From an uncultured candidate division Zixibacteria bacterium (GTDB taxonomy: Bacteria > Zixibacteria > MSB-5A5 > GN15 > FEB-12): a stretch of DNA of 64,000 nucleotides. The notes beneath the pieces were generated by a model. It was not told where the DNA came from. It did no database searches and worked only from the letters and a program-made list of their open reading frames with translations. The DNA is taken from assembly GCA_963664195.1 (NCBI GenBank), contig OY760907.1:3552001-3616000 (forward strand). The letters run 5' to 3'. The translations under genes were made by a program, and so were the position numbers. Positions 38,018 to 47,621 of the stretch are shown here, in pieces; the stretch's first letter is position 1, and each line of letters begins with the position of its first letter.

Positions 38018-40026
38018 CACACCTGAAGATTGCCATATTCGTTTCGTTATTGTTTGGGGGTAGCGTGTTTGCCCAGGGTGACGGCGGCACGACCTCTCCG
38101 TTTGCCTTTGGAGCCGGGGCTCGGGATCTATCCCTCGGCGGAGCTGACATGGCCGGAAGCGATGCGACCACCGCCCCGTTCTGGAACCCTGCCCGGCTGG
38201 TCGACGCCCAATACGTGGCCCTCAGCGGGTTCCATTGCAGCCTGTATGAATCAGACGTCGCGTATCAGTATCTCGGGATTGTCATGCCCACGCTAGATTT
38301 CGGCACGTTCGGCATGGGCGTTTTCCGACTGGGAGTAAGTGGCATTGAAAAACGCGATGCGGGTAACGTGTTGCTTGGTGAAATCGATGACAGCCGACTG
38401 GCGATTTATCTGGCCTACGGACGCCAGATGTCCGGCATTGATTTTGGTATCGCCGCCACGCTTGAACATCACTCGCTTGACAGCTACAAGTCAACGTCCT
38501 CGCCCGGGATCAACCTGGCGGCCAGTCGTCGATATGAACCTGCGCTCGGCTTCGTGGACCACGTGACAATCGCGGCGATGGGTCGAAATATCGTCAGCCC
38601 GTCCATGGACCTGGTTGCAGAATCAGTGCAGCAACCGTTTGGTTTCGAGACCGGCATCACGGTGGGGCTGATTCCGAAGTCCGACTGGGATCAACAGGTG
38701 ACGCTCTCGGCCAGACTACTGAAGAGCGAGTCGATTGATCCCCGCCTGGCGGTCGGTCTGGAGTATTCGTTTAATCGGCTCCTGCAGCTTCGGGCAGGCA
38801 TTCGCGAAAGCAAGGCGTCGTTCGGTGTCGGCCTCGAGTACCGGGCGCTGAACTTCGACTACGCCCTGGTAGATCGCGATCTGGGTTCTCTGCACATGTT
38901 CACGCTCACCACATCGTTTGGACAGTCTGTAAACGATCGCCGCGTAGAGCGTGATACACAGCGTGAAAACGACTTTAACTCGCTGATGCAGGATCGGCTG
39001 ACAGACCGCAACAGAGAAACTGTCACGCAGATGGCGCAAGATGGCGAGAGACTTCTTGGTGAGGGCGATCTGCTCGAGGCTGCCAACAGTCTTGACCGTG
39101 CTCTTTTCCTTGCCAGGGCCAACGAGATGGACACGCTGCACATTCACGATCTGCTGGCAGAAACAAACGATCGTCTCGAAGAAGTTCGGAAGAAGGTTCG
39201 ATTCTCGGACAATCTGGCAACAGCTAGATCGCATCTTAAGTCTGACGACTTCCTGACTGCGGCCCATTTCGCCCGCCTGGCCCTTGAAGACTCTCCCAAC
39301 TCTCCGGAGGCAACCCTTGTGCTCGAAACCGCCGAAGCCGCCGCTGATGAGACGGAGGCTCGTGACCAGATGATCGAAACGCGTCTTGCCGAGGTCGATT
39401 CGCTTCTGAGCTACGGCTTTGTTGATGAGGCACTGGCCGCCGTCCGGACTCTCAGAGATTACGCTGACAATTCGGCCAGTATCAGACTCGCCATTAAACG
39501 GGTTGAGTTTGAGCACTGGCGCGAAGTTGCCTCCGCCGCACTCGACCGCAACGACTTGACCGCCGCGATGACAGCACTCGATACGGCCCTGACCCTCTTC
39601 CCCAACCACCGGGGACTGAAAGACGTTCGCGCCAGGGTGGCGGCCGACCTGCGGCAGCCGGTGGCAGAAGTCGCACCGGTCATCGCGCCCGAGCCTGAAC
39701 CGCTCAGCGCCTCCATGGTAAGGGAAATCGAGGCCACCGGGAAGATTGCGCAGGAGGCGTTCGAAAAGGGCGATCTGGAGCGTGCCATTGCCAACTGGGA
39801 GAAGGTTGAGCGCCTCGCACCCGACTACCAGAACGTCAGGACATATCTGGTCAACGCGTACAAGTATGTCGGTATCGAACAATACGGTCAGAACCAGCTC
39901 CATGAAGCCGTGGCCACCTGGGGCAAAGCAGCGGCGCTTGATCCGGACAACGCGGAAATCGCCGATTACCTCAAGCGCACCAAGAACGAAATCGTGAAGC
40001 TGCGGGAGTTGACATATGAGCAGTAA
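38014..40026 (+). CDS. PorV/PorQ-family outer-membrane beta-barrel fused to a C-terminal TPR region
   Basis: Signal peptide, GAGARDLSLGGA...FWNPA, GLEY...LQLRAG...FGVG...FDYA...LGSLH barrel end, then helical TPRs. ATGA overlap with the giant gene. Confidence 0.85.
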   Translation: MTHLKIAIFVSLLFGGSVFAQGDGGTTSPFAFGAGARDLSLGGADMAGSDATTAPFWNPARLVDAQYVALSGFHCSLYESDVAYQYLGIVMPTLDFGTFGMGVFRLGVSGIEKRDAGNVLLGEIDDSRLAIYLAYGRQMSGIDFGIAATLEHHSLDSYKSTSSPGINLAASRRYEPALGFVDHVTIAAMGRNIVSPSMDLVAESVQQPFGFETGITVGLIPKSDWDQQVTLSARLLKSESIDPRLAVGLEYSFNRLLQLRAGIRESKASFGVGLEYRALNFDYALVDRDLGSLHMFTLTTSFGQSVNDRRVERDTQRENDFNSLMQDRLTDRNRETVTQMAQDGERLLGEGDLLEAANSLDRALFLARANEMDTLHIHDLLAETNDRLEEVRKKVRFSDNLATARSHLKSDDFLTAAHFARLALEDSPNSPEATLVLETAEAAADETEARDQMIETRLAEVDSLLSYGFVDEALAAVRTLRDYADNSASIRLAIKRVEFEHWREVASAALDRNDLTAAMTALDTALTLFPNHRGLKDVRARVAADLRQPVAEVAPVIAPEPEPLSASMVREIEATGKIAQEAFEKGDLERAIANWEKVERLAPDYQNVRTYLVNAYKYVGIEQYGQNQLHEAVATWGKAAALDPDNAEIADYLKRTKNEIVKLRELTYEQ

Positions 40027-41605
40027 CCAGACAACGCCACAGCCAGACAGCTGGCCGGAAGCGGGCCAGTTTCGTCGTTCAATCCGTCTCGAGTTCTCAC
40101 TCTACGTCGCGGCACTCATTCTGGCGTTGATGATGATTACCGGCTATGTATTGAAGGAGAAGTATGTCGAGACCGTCACGCGCGATGTTGTCGACAAGAT
40201 TCTCGTTCAGGCCCGCTCATTCTCCGGGAATGCCGGCAAACACATCATGTCGGCCGATGCCTTGATGCTGAACAACGTGTGCAAGAAGCTCGCCAGTGAC
40301 AATACCGATGTCTATTGGGCGGGCATTTCCGGTCCGGATGATGTCCTCCTTGCTCATACCGATATCCGGCAGGTGATGGCCTCTGCCAGACTCACTCCGC
40401 AGAGCGGTCCCGGGTTCGGCGAAATTCTGAGGCCGGAAGAGACTTTTGCGTCGCGCGGCGACACTATTTTCATTACGATCCCGATTAAGGAGAACGATCT
40501 TCTCCTGGGCCGACTGGGCGTGGCCTCCTCGCGGCGTCAAATTCACGAAGCCCGCGCGGCCACATTGACAACCGTGGCATCGGTGACAGCGCTGATGATA
40601 CTCATCGGTCTGCCGATCATGACGTTGGCGCTTAGTAGAAAGCTCCGCCCGATCAGCGTGATTACCAACAGCTTGAAGAACATCAGCGTTGACGATCTGA
40701 CAATTGACATTCCGTTGTCGAGCAAGAACGAATTCGGATATCTCGCTGAAACTCTTCGTGTCATGGGCTCCCGACTGAACACCGCTCAGCAAGAGCGTCT
40801 TGAAAACGAACGGATCACCCGTGAATTGGAAATCGCCCGCGAGATCCAGGCAAGCATCCTTCCCCGTTCCTATCCCCATACGGAACTAGTGGAGTTTGCA
40901 GGCACGTATCAGAGTGCTCGTGAAGTGGGTGGCGATTACTACGATTTCATCGAGTTTGACGAGAACCGACTGGCCTTCCTGGTTGCCGACGTATCCGGCA
41001 AGTCGCTGCCGGGCATGCTGGTCATGCTGCTGACCCGCGACATGGTTCGCCAGTACACCCGTACAATCCAGCCCCCCGCCACGATATTGTCTGAGGTTAA
41101 TCGAGATCTCTCAGGAAGTATCAAGAAAGGCATGTTTGTCACGATGTTTTTGGGCCTGCTGGATCAGCGGACCGGACAATTCGATTTCGCTTCCGCAGGG
41201 CACAACCCGCTAATTCGCGTCGATGGTGAAACCGGCGCGACAGAAGAATTGAAAACCAAAGGGTATCCTCTGGGCATGCTGCCCGCGGGACCATTCGACA
41301 AACGCATCGAAAGCGGCTCACTGATTCTCTCGAAAAACGACTGGCTGGTGCAATACACGGACGGGATCAACGAGGCACAAAACGAGTCGGCCGAGGAGTA
41401 CGGAATGGAAAGATTCCTCGAAGAATTACACAATCACCACGCTCAGTCCCCGGAAAACCTGATTTCGGGTGTTCTTCGGCAACACCGGCAGTTTGTCGGG
41501 GAGGCTCCACAATACGATGATATCACGTTGCTGGCGATGAAGTGGAACGGCCTGACGGTCGATAATAACAGTAACGTTCACTCAGAGGTGATTCATGCAG
41601 GTTAA
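40016..41605 (+). CDS. Inner-membrane HAMP + SpoIIE/PP2C (RsbU-type) phosphatase
   Basis: Two TM helices around a periplasmic domain, HAMP (NEFGYLA), ELEIAREIQ, EVGGDYYD, ADVSGK, SAGHNP, YTDGI, DDIT. Confidence 0.93.
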   Translation: MSSNQTTPQPDSWPEAGQFRRSIRLEFSLYVAALILALMMITGYVLKEKYVETVTRDVVDKILVQARSFSGNAGKHIMSADALMLNNVCKKLASDNTDVYWAGISGPDDVLLAHTDIRQVMASARLTPQSGPGFGEILRPEETFASRGDTIFITIPIKENDLLLGRLGVASSRRQIHEARAATLTTVASVTALMILIGLPIMTLALSRKLRPISVITNSLKNISVDDLTIDIPLSSKNEFGYLAETLRVMGSRLNTAQQERLENERITRELEIAREIQASILPRSYPHTELVEFAGTYQSAREVGGDYYDFIEFDENRLAFLVADVSGKSLPGMLVMLLTRDMVRQYTRTIQPPATILSEVNRDLSGSIKKGMFVTMFLGLLDQRTGQFDFASAGHNPLIRVDGETGATEELKTKGYPLGMLPAGPFDKRIESGSLILSKNDWLVQYTDGINEAQNESAEEYGMERFLEELHNHHAQSPENLISGVLRQHRQFVGEAPQYDDITLLAMKWNGLTVDNNSNVHSEVIHAG

Positions 41606-42359
41606 GGCGAAAGAAGCACGGCGCATAGTGGTGCCTGCCGATCTTTCACCGGAAAAGGTCGAAGACTTCGACGCCAGTGTTGCTCGATTAATAGAGCAAA
41701 ATCCACATACACTGATGCTCGATTGCACGGCCCTGACTCAGGTGACATCGAGTCATGTCAATATGCTTTGGCGCACCCATCTGGTCGGCTCAGATGCCGG
41801 AGTTGCCGTGAAGCTGGCCTCAGCGCCGGACGGTTTGGTTCGTGTGCTGAAGGCGCTGGATTTGTACGAGTTGTTTTCTGGAACCGGCGAAACGCAGAGG
41901 ATCAGCATTCCAAAGCTCCCTCCGTCGGCGCCAGCCAGATCTACTGAGGCGTATTGCGACAGCTTCTGCTGCAACGTGGAGAGCATGAATGCCGCCCAGG
42001 CCAAGTTCCTGGATTTTCTCGACAAGATACAGGCACCCGACATAATCGGGTTTGAGTTGCGGACCATTTTTCACGAGGTCACGAGCAACATATACACCTA
42101 CGCCGCCCTGACGCCGGAGAGTATGATCAAGTTGCAGGCGCACTCTGGACCTGACAAGATCACGCTGACGTTTGTAGACAGCGGCAGTTTTTTCGACCCG
42201 ACCTCCAAACCGGCCGAGATTGACTTCGCTGAAGCAGCCCGCACAGGCCAGAAACGAGGATTCGGCATTGCCATGCTGCACAAGCTGACGGACAACATGG
42301 CCTACTGTCGCAGGGATGGATGTGTCAACGAACTGACCGTGGAAAAGAACTGGAGTTAA
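41595..42359 (+). CDS. STAS domain fused to an RsbW/SpoIIAB-type kinase (HATPase_c_2)
   Basis: N-terminal LDC..LTQVTSS...VLKALDL STAS fold. C-terminal E.TSN, DSG.FFDP and RGFGI..L.KLTD. Confidence 0.85.
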   Translation: MQVKAKEARRIVVPADLSPEKVEDFDASVARLIEQNPHTLMLDCTALTQVTSSHVNMLWRTHLVGSDAGVAVKLASAPDGLVRVLKALDLYELFSGTGETQRISIPKLPPSAPARSTEAYCDSFCCNVESMNAAQAKFLDFLDKIQAPDIIGFELRTIFHEVTSNIYTYAALTPESMIKLQAHSGPDKITLTFVDSGSFFDPTSKPAEIDFAEAARTGQKRGFGIAMLHKLTDNMAYCRRDGCVNELTVEKNWS

Positions 42360-42721
42360 TGAACGTGGAAGCGCACAGCATAACGCAACGCACCCTCAAC
42401 GATGACACCATAATCATCAGCCCCGGAAAAACGCTGGACAACAATAACGCCCACGAAATGGTGGACGTAATAACGTCTGCCCAGTCCAGAGGGTTCAAGT
42501 ACTTGATCGTGGATATGACCGTTGTCGAATTCCTCTCTTCCTCAGGGGTCGGGTCTATTCTCGGAACGGTCGAAGTGTCGCGCGAACTCGGTGGGGATAT
42601 CATACTCTGCAACCTATCAGAGACGGTGGCTCATGTCTTCGACGTTCTTGACCTCACTGATTATCTCACCATAAGAACAAGTGAAAAGGAAGCCGCCGAA
42701 GTTTGCGGCGTGAATCTGTAA
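42359..42721 (+). CDS. STAS anti-sigma-factor antagonist (RsbV/SpoIIAA-type)
   Basis: LD...VDM..VEFLSSSGVG...GGDIILCNL...VFDVLDL. TAATG overlap. Confidence 0.9.
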   Translation: MNVEAHSITQRTLNDDTIIISPGKTLDNNNAHEMVDVITSAQSRGFKYLIVDMTVVEFLSSSGVGSILGTVEVSRELGGDIILCNLSETVAHVFDVLDLTDYLTIRTSEKEAAEVCGVNL

Positions 42722-42725
42722 TACT

Positions 42726-44402
42726 ATGGCACAGACTACCTCGCACATATCACCGGCTCCACCGTCAGCGTACGAACGTCTCGCAATCGACAAACAGACG
42801 CTGGCCCTCGACGCCCTTTCGCAATTGACCTGGCAGTTTGCCAAACAGCCGGATTTCCATCATCTGATAGATATCCTGCTGCTGACAATTTCGGGGCAGT
42901 TCACTGTGGCTCACGCCTTTGCGTCCGTCCAGGATCCGAGATCATCTGTCGAAAAGTCATACTTCATCGGTACCGGCCGACTCAAAGCGAATGACTTGTT
43001 GAGTGCAATCGGCAAACCGGAAGAGCACGTGGAGTACTTTCTCTCTCATCCAGGCCCTTGCCGTGTCGAGGATATGGATCGCTCCGGCATTGGTGCCGAA
43101 CTGGCCGATACGCTGAGCGACCGCAGGATTATGCTCATAGCCCCGCTGGTCTATGGCAGCCGACTCATCGGAATAGCCGGTCTTGGCGAAAAAGTTACTA
43201 ATACTCCGTTTGAAGATTCAGACATTGACCTGCTTGGAACACTCGCCAATACGGTAACGCCGTTTGTCGCGAATTCGTTTCTGTTCATGGAAATAGCCCA
43301 CCTGAACGCGTGGTATCTGGAGATACTCAACAGTGTCAGACAGGGCGTATACGTGTTTGGTCCTGACAATCGCCTCAAACAGATGAACACCGAAGGGCAG
43401 GCCATCCTGAGCAACACCCTGCCTTATGATATACAGAACCGAAGTGTCCTGGGCTGCTCCATCGAATCCGTTTTCGAAGACAGCGTCTTCCCCGGCTGGA
43501 GCCGTCGCCTCCTGAAGGCCCGCAAAACAGACCGTGTCGCCAGCGCGCACAGTCTCGTGGCCAAGGGCGCCGATACGGAGCGCATCTACAATGTACGTGT
43601 CTCAGTCATGTGCCAGGACGACGACGCGGACCTCGATCTGATCATCACCCTCGACGACATTACCGCACAGAAGGAGAGCGAGCAACGCTTGTTCGACCTT
43701 GAGAAGTTTGCTGACAAAGGCGTCATGGCCTCTTCGATAGCCCATGATCTGAACAACTTCCTCGCCCTTATCATGGGGGGCACGGAACTGGCTCAGATGA
43801 ACCTCAAGCGCGGCAAGATCGAGAAGGTCGAAAGCTCACTTGAGAAACTCAAGAGCAATGCCGGCAAGATGGAACGATTCACGGCAGGCCTGATGGACTA
43901 CACCAGGCTCAACACCAGCAAGGCCCCGAATGATCTCAACACCGTAATCACCGATGTACTGTCGTTCATGACCTCACAGAAGAAGATGCAACGGATAGTG
44001 ATCAACACGGATCTGGCCCAGCGACTGCCGTCGTTTGAAATGGACTCCGATCAAATCGCCCAGTTGATGCTCAATCTGCTCAACAACGCGGCCGATGCTA
44101 TTGCCGAAGCAGACCACGACGAGGGCGTCATCACCGTCTCGACCAGCGGCAACGGAGACAACGTTCGTTTGAGCATTGCGGATAACGGGATCGGGATTGT
44201 CCCGGAGACTCGGGAAAAGATGTTCAAACACCACTTCACGACCAAGAAATCCGGCCACGGCTACGGGCTGGTGACGTGTGGGACTATTATCAGAAACCAT
44301 GGAGTCGAGTTCGATATCGAGTCAGAACAGAATGTCGGCACGACCTTCACATTCGATTTTCCGACGAATTACTCGAAGTCTGAAGAAGACGAATCAGAGT
44401 AG
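42726..44402 (+). CDS. Cytoplasmic GAF/PAS sensor histidine kinase
   Basis: GAF-like APL...LIGI..LGEK...PF...D.DLL, PAS, SIAHDLNN H-box, NLLNNAADA, DNGIG, FTTK..GHGYGL. Confidence 0.92.
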   Translation: MAQTTSHISPAPPSAYERLAIDKQTLALDALSQLTWQFAKQPDFHHLIDILLLTISGQFTVAHAFASVQDPRSSVEKSYFIGTGRLKANDLLSAIGKPEEHVEYFLSHPGPCRVEDMDRSGIGAELADTLSDRRIMLIAPLVYGSRLIGIAGLGEKVTNTPFEDSDIDLLGTLANTVTPFVANSFLFMEIAHLNAWYLEILNSVRQGVYVFGPDNRLKQMNTEGQAILSNTLPYDIQNRSVLGCSIESVFEDSVFPGWSRRLLKARKTDRVASAHSLVAKGADTERIYNVRVSVMCQDDDADLDLIITLDDITAQKESEQRLFDLEKFADKGVMASSIAHDLNNFLALIMGGTELAQMNLKRGKIEKVESSLEKLKSNAGKMERFTAGLMDYTRLNTSKAPNDLNTVITDVLSFMTSQKKMQRIVINTDLAQRLPSFEMDSDQIAQLMLNLLNNAADAIAEADHDEGVITVSTSGNGDNVRLSIADNGIGIVPETREKMFKHHFTTKKSGHGYGLVTCGTIIRNHGVEFDIESEQNVGTTFTFDFPTNYSKSEEDESE

Positions 44403-44425
44403 TCAGTTTGCCCGGTCAGTGTAGA

Positions 44426-46600
44426 TCACTGGCCGGGATCGTACTTGCGGCTTCTCTTTACCTGAATAACGCCCTTCACTTTCTTGACCTTGTCAATAAC
44501 CTTGATAAGGTGCGACAGGTTAAGCACTTCAATCGCGAACTTGCCCACAGCAGTTGAGTCACCCGGCTGGATTTCCGCGCCGCAGACGTTGGTATCGGCA
44601 TCGGCAATAACCTGTGTGATGTCGCGAAGCATCCCCTTGCGATCTTCCACGACGATCTCGAGTTGCACCACAAACGACTGATCACCACTCGCATCCCAGG
44701 TTGCCGCGATCTTTCTCTCCGGCTCACGGTTGGCAATCTCAATGGCAAGTTTGCACTCAGCATGGTGAATGGTCACTCCGCGTCCCCTCGTGATGAAACC
44801 GATAATCTCCTCGCCCGGAACCGGTTGGCAGCAACCGGCAAATCGAAACATCATGTTGTCCAGTCCCTGAACGCGAATGCCCTTGGATCCACGAATCCGA
44901 TCCATCACCCGGCCGACCAGACCGACCGTATCCTTCTTTGGCTCGGGCGCGATGAGACTGACAAGTTGCTGCGATGACTGCGATCCGTTGCCTATCGCGG
45001 CAAACAAGTCTTCAACGGTTTTGCGATTAAGCCGTTCCGCGAATCCCTGAAGAGCATCGTCTTTGGGCAGCGCGACACGCAGTTCCTTGAGTTTACGCTC
45101 GACAATCTCTCTACCGAGGCTCACCGATTGTTCGAAGCCAGACTGTTTGAGCCAGCGGCGTATTCGCGACCTTGCGGAGGACGTCTGCACGAGTTTGAGC
45201 CAGTCATGCGAGGGCGTTCGATTCGGGTTGGTGATGATCTCCACCCGATCACCTGACTTGAGCTTGGTCGATAGCGGCTGCAAGCGGGCGTTGATCTTGG
45301 CGCCGGCGCAATGCAGACCAACCTCGGTGTGAATCTGGAAGGCAAAGTCAAGCGGTGTAGCCCCGGCAGGCAGGTGAATCAGCTTTCCGTTCGGCGTATA
45401 CACGAAGATATCATCAGAGTACAGGTCCATCTTCAGATACTCCATGAACTCCGCCGGATTGGTCATGTCTTTCACCGATTCCAGAACGTCGCGAATCCAG
45501 ATCATCTGCTGGTCATCACGATCCATCTGCTGGCGGCCTTCCTTGTACAGCCAGTGAGCAGCAATACCGTTTTCCGCGAAGTAATGCATCTGATGAGTAC
45601 GGATCTGAATCTCGACAAGTTTGTTCTGAGGCCCGATGACAGTGGTATGCAGAGAGCGATACCCGTTGGGCTTCGGGTTGGCGATGTAATCGTGGAAACG
45701 ATGCGAAACAGGTTTCCACATGGCGTGAATGATGCCCATCGAATGATAGCATTCACGTTCAGTGTTGACCAACACCCGGATTGCCAGCAAGTCGTAGATT
45801 TGCTCGAAAGGCACCTTGCGGATTACAATCTTCCGGTAGATCGATTCGAGGTGCTTCGCCCGTCCGTAGACGGTTGCAAGGATATTGTCGCCCGCAAGCG
45901 CTTCTTTCAGCGGTTTGACGACCTCACGGATATACGATTCCCGCTCGACCTTCTTTTCTTTGACCGCCTTCACCAACTCCATGTAGACATCTGGCTGAAG
46001 ATGTTTCAGCGAGAGGTCTTCAAGCTCCACCTTGGCCTTGTTGATACCGAGGCGATGTGCCAGCGGGCAGTAGACATCCCGGGTTTCCTGTGCGATTCGT
46101 TTACGTTTCTCCGGCGGAAGATGATCAAGAGTACGCATGTTGTGAACGCGGTCGGACAGCTTGATGAGGATTACGCGTATATCCTTGGCCATTGAGAGCA
46201 GCATCTTGCGAAAATACTCCGCCTGCTGCTCTTCAAACGAGTTGAATTGCACCGCACTGATTTTGGTAACGCCGTCAACCAGTTCGGCGATCTCGTCACT
46301 GAACTCAGTACGAATATCCTCGAGGGTGTACTTGGTATCCTCGACCACATCATGGAGTAAACCGGCAGCGAGTGTCGTTGTGTCCATGTGGAATTCGGCG
46401 AGGATCAGGGCAACCTCATGGCAGTGTTCGATGAACGGTTCACCGGAGGAGCGTTTCTGGCCCTCGTGAGCCTTATCAGAGAACTCGTACGCCTTACGGA
46501 GCAGAGAGATGTCGACATTCGAGTTGTACGACTCGATATGTATGATGAACTGCGCCAGATTCAGGCGAACCTGCTGGCTGCTACTTGTTACTGCTTTCAT
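44426..46600 (-). CDS. rel: Bifunctional (p)ppGpp synthetase/hydrolase
   Basis: HEGQKRSSGEP, LLHDVVED, IKLSDRVHNMRTL, YRSLHT, EIQIRT, TGS, CCQPVPGE and ACT domains. Confidence 0.96.
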   Translation of the reverse strand: MKAVTSSSQQVRLNLAQFIIHIESYNSNVDISLLRKAYEFSDKAHEGQKRSSGEPFIEHCHEVALILAEFHMDTTTLAAGLLHDVVEDTKYTLEDIRTEFSDEIAELVDGVTKISAVQFNSFEEQQAEYFRKMLLSMAKDIRVILIKLSDRVHNMRTLDHLPPEKRKRIAQETRDVYCPLAHRLGINKAKVELEDLSLKHLQPDVYMELVKAVKEKKVERESYIREVVKPLKEALAGDNILATVYGRAKHLESIYRKIVIRKVPFEQIYDLLAIRVLVNTERECYHSMGIIHAMWKPVSHRFHDYIANPKPNGYRSLHTTVIGPQNKLVEIQIRTHQMHYFAENGIAAHWLYKEGRQQMDRDDQQMIWIRDVLESVKDMTNPAEFMEYLKMDLYSDDIFVYTPNGKLIHLPAGATPLDFAFQIHTEVGLHCAGAKINARLQPLSTKLKSGDRVEIITNPNRTPSHDWLKLVQTSSARSRIRRWLKQSGFEQSVSLGREIVERKLKELRVALPKDDALQGFAERLNRKTVEDLFAAIGNGSQSSQQLVSLIAPEPKKDTVGLVGRVMDRIRGSKGIRVQGLDNMMFRFAGCCQPVPGEEIIGFITRGRGVTIHHAECKLAIEIANREPERKIAATWDASGDQSFVVQLEIVVEDRKGMLRDITQVIADADTNVCGAEIQPGDSTAVGKFAIEVLNLSHLIKVIDKVKKVKGVIQVKRSRKYDPGQ

Positions 46601-47621
46601 ACACTTTTCCTACCGCCCCGGCCACGGATTCCACAGAGATAGTATTCATACATCGGCACTGCTTCTGGGGACACTTGCACTCTACGCCGGTTGGCTGAAT
46701 TACCTCGTGCCCTTTGCCGACCGGCCCCCAGCGAACCGGTGACATGATCCTGCGGCCCGGATATAGCCCCACGACCTTTGTTCCTACTGCCACTGCAAGA
46801 TGAAGCGGGCCAGTAGAATTGGCAACTACAACTGATGCCTGCGACAGTACCGCTCCCAGCGTGCGTAGATCGGTGTCACCCGCGATGCAGTTGACCTTGA
46901 CGCCGGCCTTTCCGGCGGCCTCGCGAATCACCTTTCCTTCAGCCTCGGAGCCTGTGACAACCACCTGGTGTCCCGCCCCCTCCAGCAGGGGAATCAATTC
47001 CATGAAGTTTTCCATCGGCCAACGCTCCGCGGAACCGCCGGAGCCTGGATGGACAACCACGCATGATTTCTCCGCCCCGGCGTCGCGGAGGACTCGCCGA
47101 GCATACGTCAGCTCCTTATCAGTCGGGTAAACGGTCGGCATCGTCACCGTATCGCCGTCGACGAAATACCGCAGGAAATCCAGATTGTAGGCCGACTCAT
47201 GTTTCCTGTTGGCCTTGCGACTGTGCCTCAGACGATGCGTGAAAAACACCGAATGAAAACGGCCAGCGGTTCCCAGACGAAACGGTATTCCTGTCCGATG
47301 AAATACCCGGCAAATGTTCCTCTCTGGAAACAGTGCCACTGCAACGCTATAACCGGCCATCTTTATTTTCCGTTCCAGGTCCTTGCGATATCGTGCATTG
47401 GAGATCAATTGGTCGTTCTGAACACGAACGATGCCATCTATTCGCGGATTGTTCTCGAGTATCGGCGAGGCATACAACGATGCCAGTACATCCACTTTGC
47501 AGTCGGGATATCTTGCCTTCAATGTCTCAACAAACGGAAGAGCCAAAATCAGGTCTCCGAGACGGTCCGACCTGCTGACAAGTATGCGATCACCAGATTG
47601 TATATCTAAAACGTTGTTCAT
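46581..47621 (-). CDS. Glycosyltransferase family 9 (LPS heptosyltransferase-like)
   Basis: DRLGDLIL, HPGSGGSAERWP, NSTGPLHLAVAVG. Confidence 0.92.
   Translation of the reverse strand: MNNVLDIQSGDRILVSRSDRLGDLILALPFVETLKARYPDCKVDVLASLYASPILENNPRIDGIVRVQNDQLISNARYRKDLERKIKMAGYSVAVALFPERNICRVFHRTGIPFRLGTAGRFHSVFFTHRLRHSRKANRKHESAYNLDFLRYFVDGDTVTMPTVYPTDKELTYARRVLRDAGAEKSCVVVHPGSGGSAERWPMENFMELIPLLEGAGHQVVVTGSEAEGKVIREAAGKAGVKVNCIAGDTDLRTLGAVLSQASVVVANSTGPLHLAVAVGTKVVGLYPGRRIMSPVRWGPVGKGHEVIQPTGVECKCPQKQCRCMNTISVESVAGAVGKVYESSNK

Noticed and set aside
38716..39903. 395-aa minus-strand ORF
   Set aside because: Lies wholly antisense to the PorV-TPR gene, with no SD or domain signature.
45311..46195. 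294-aa plus-strand ORF
   Set aside because: Antisense shadow of rel.
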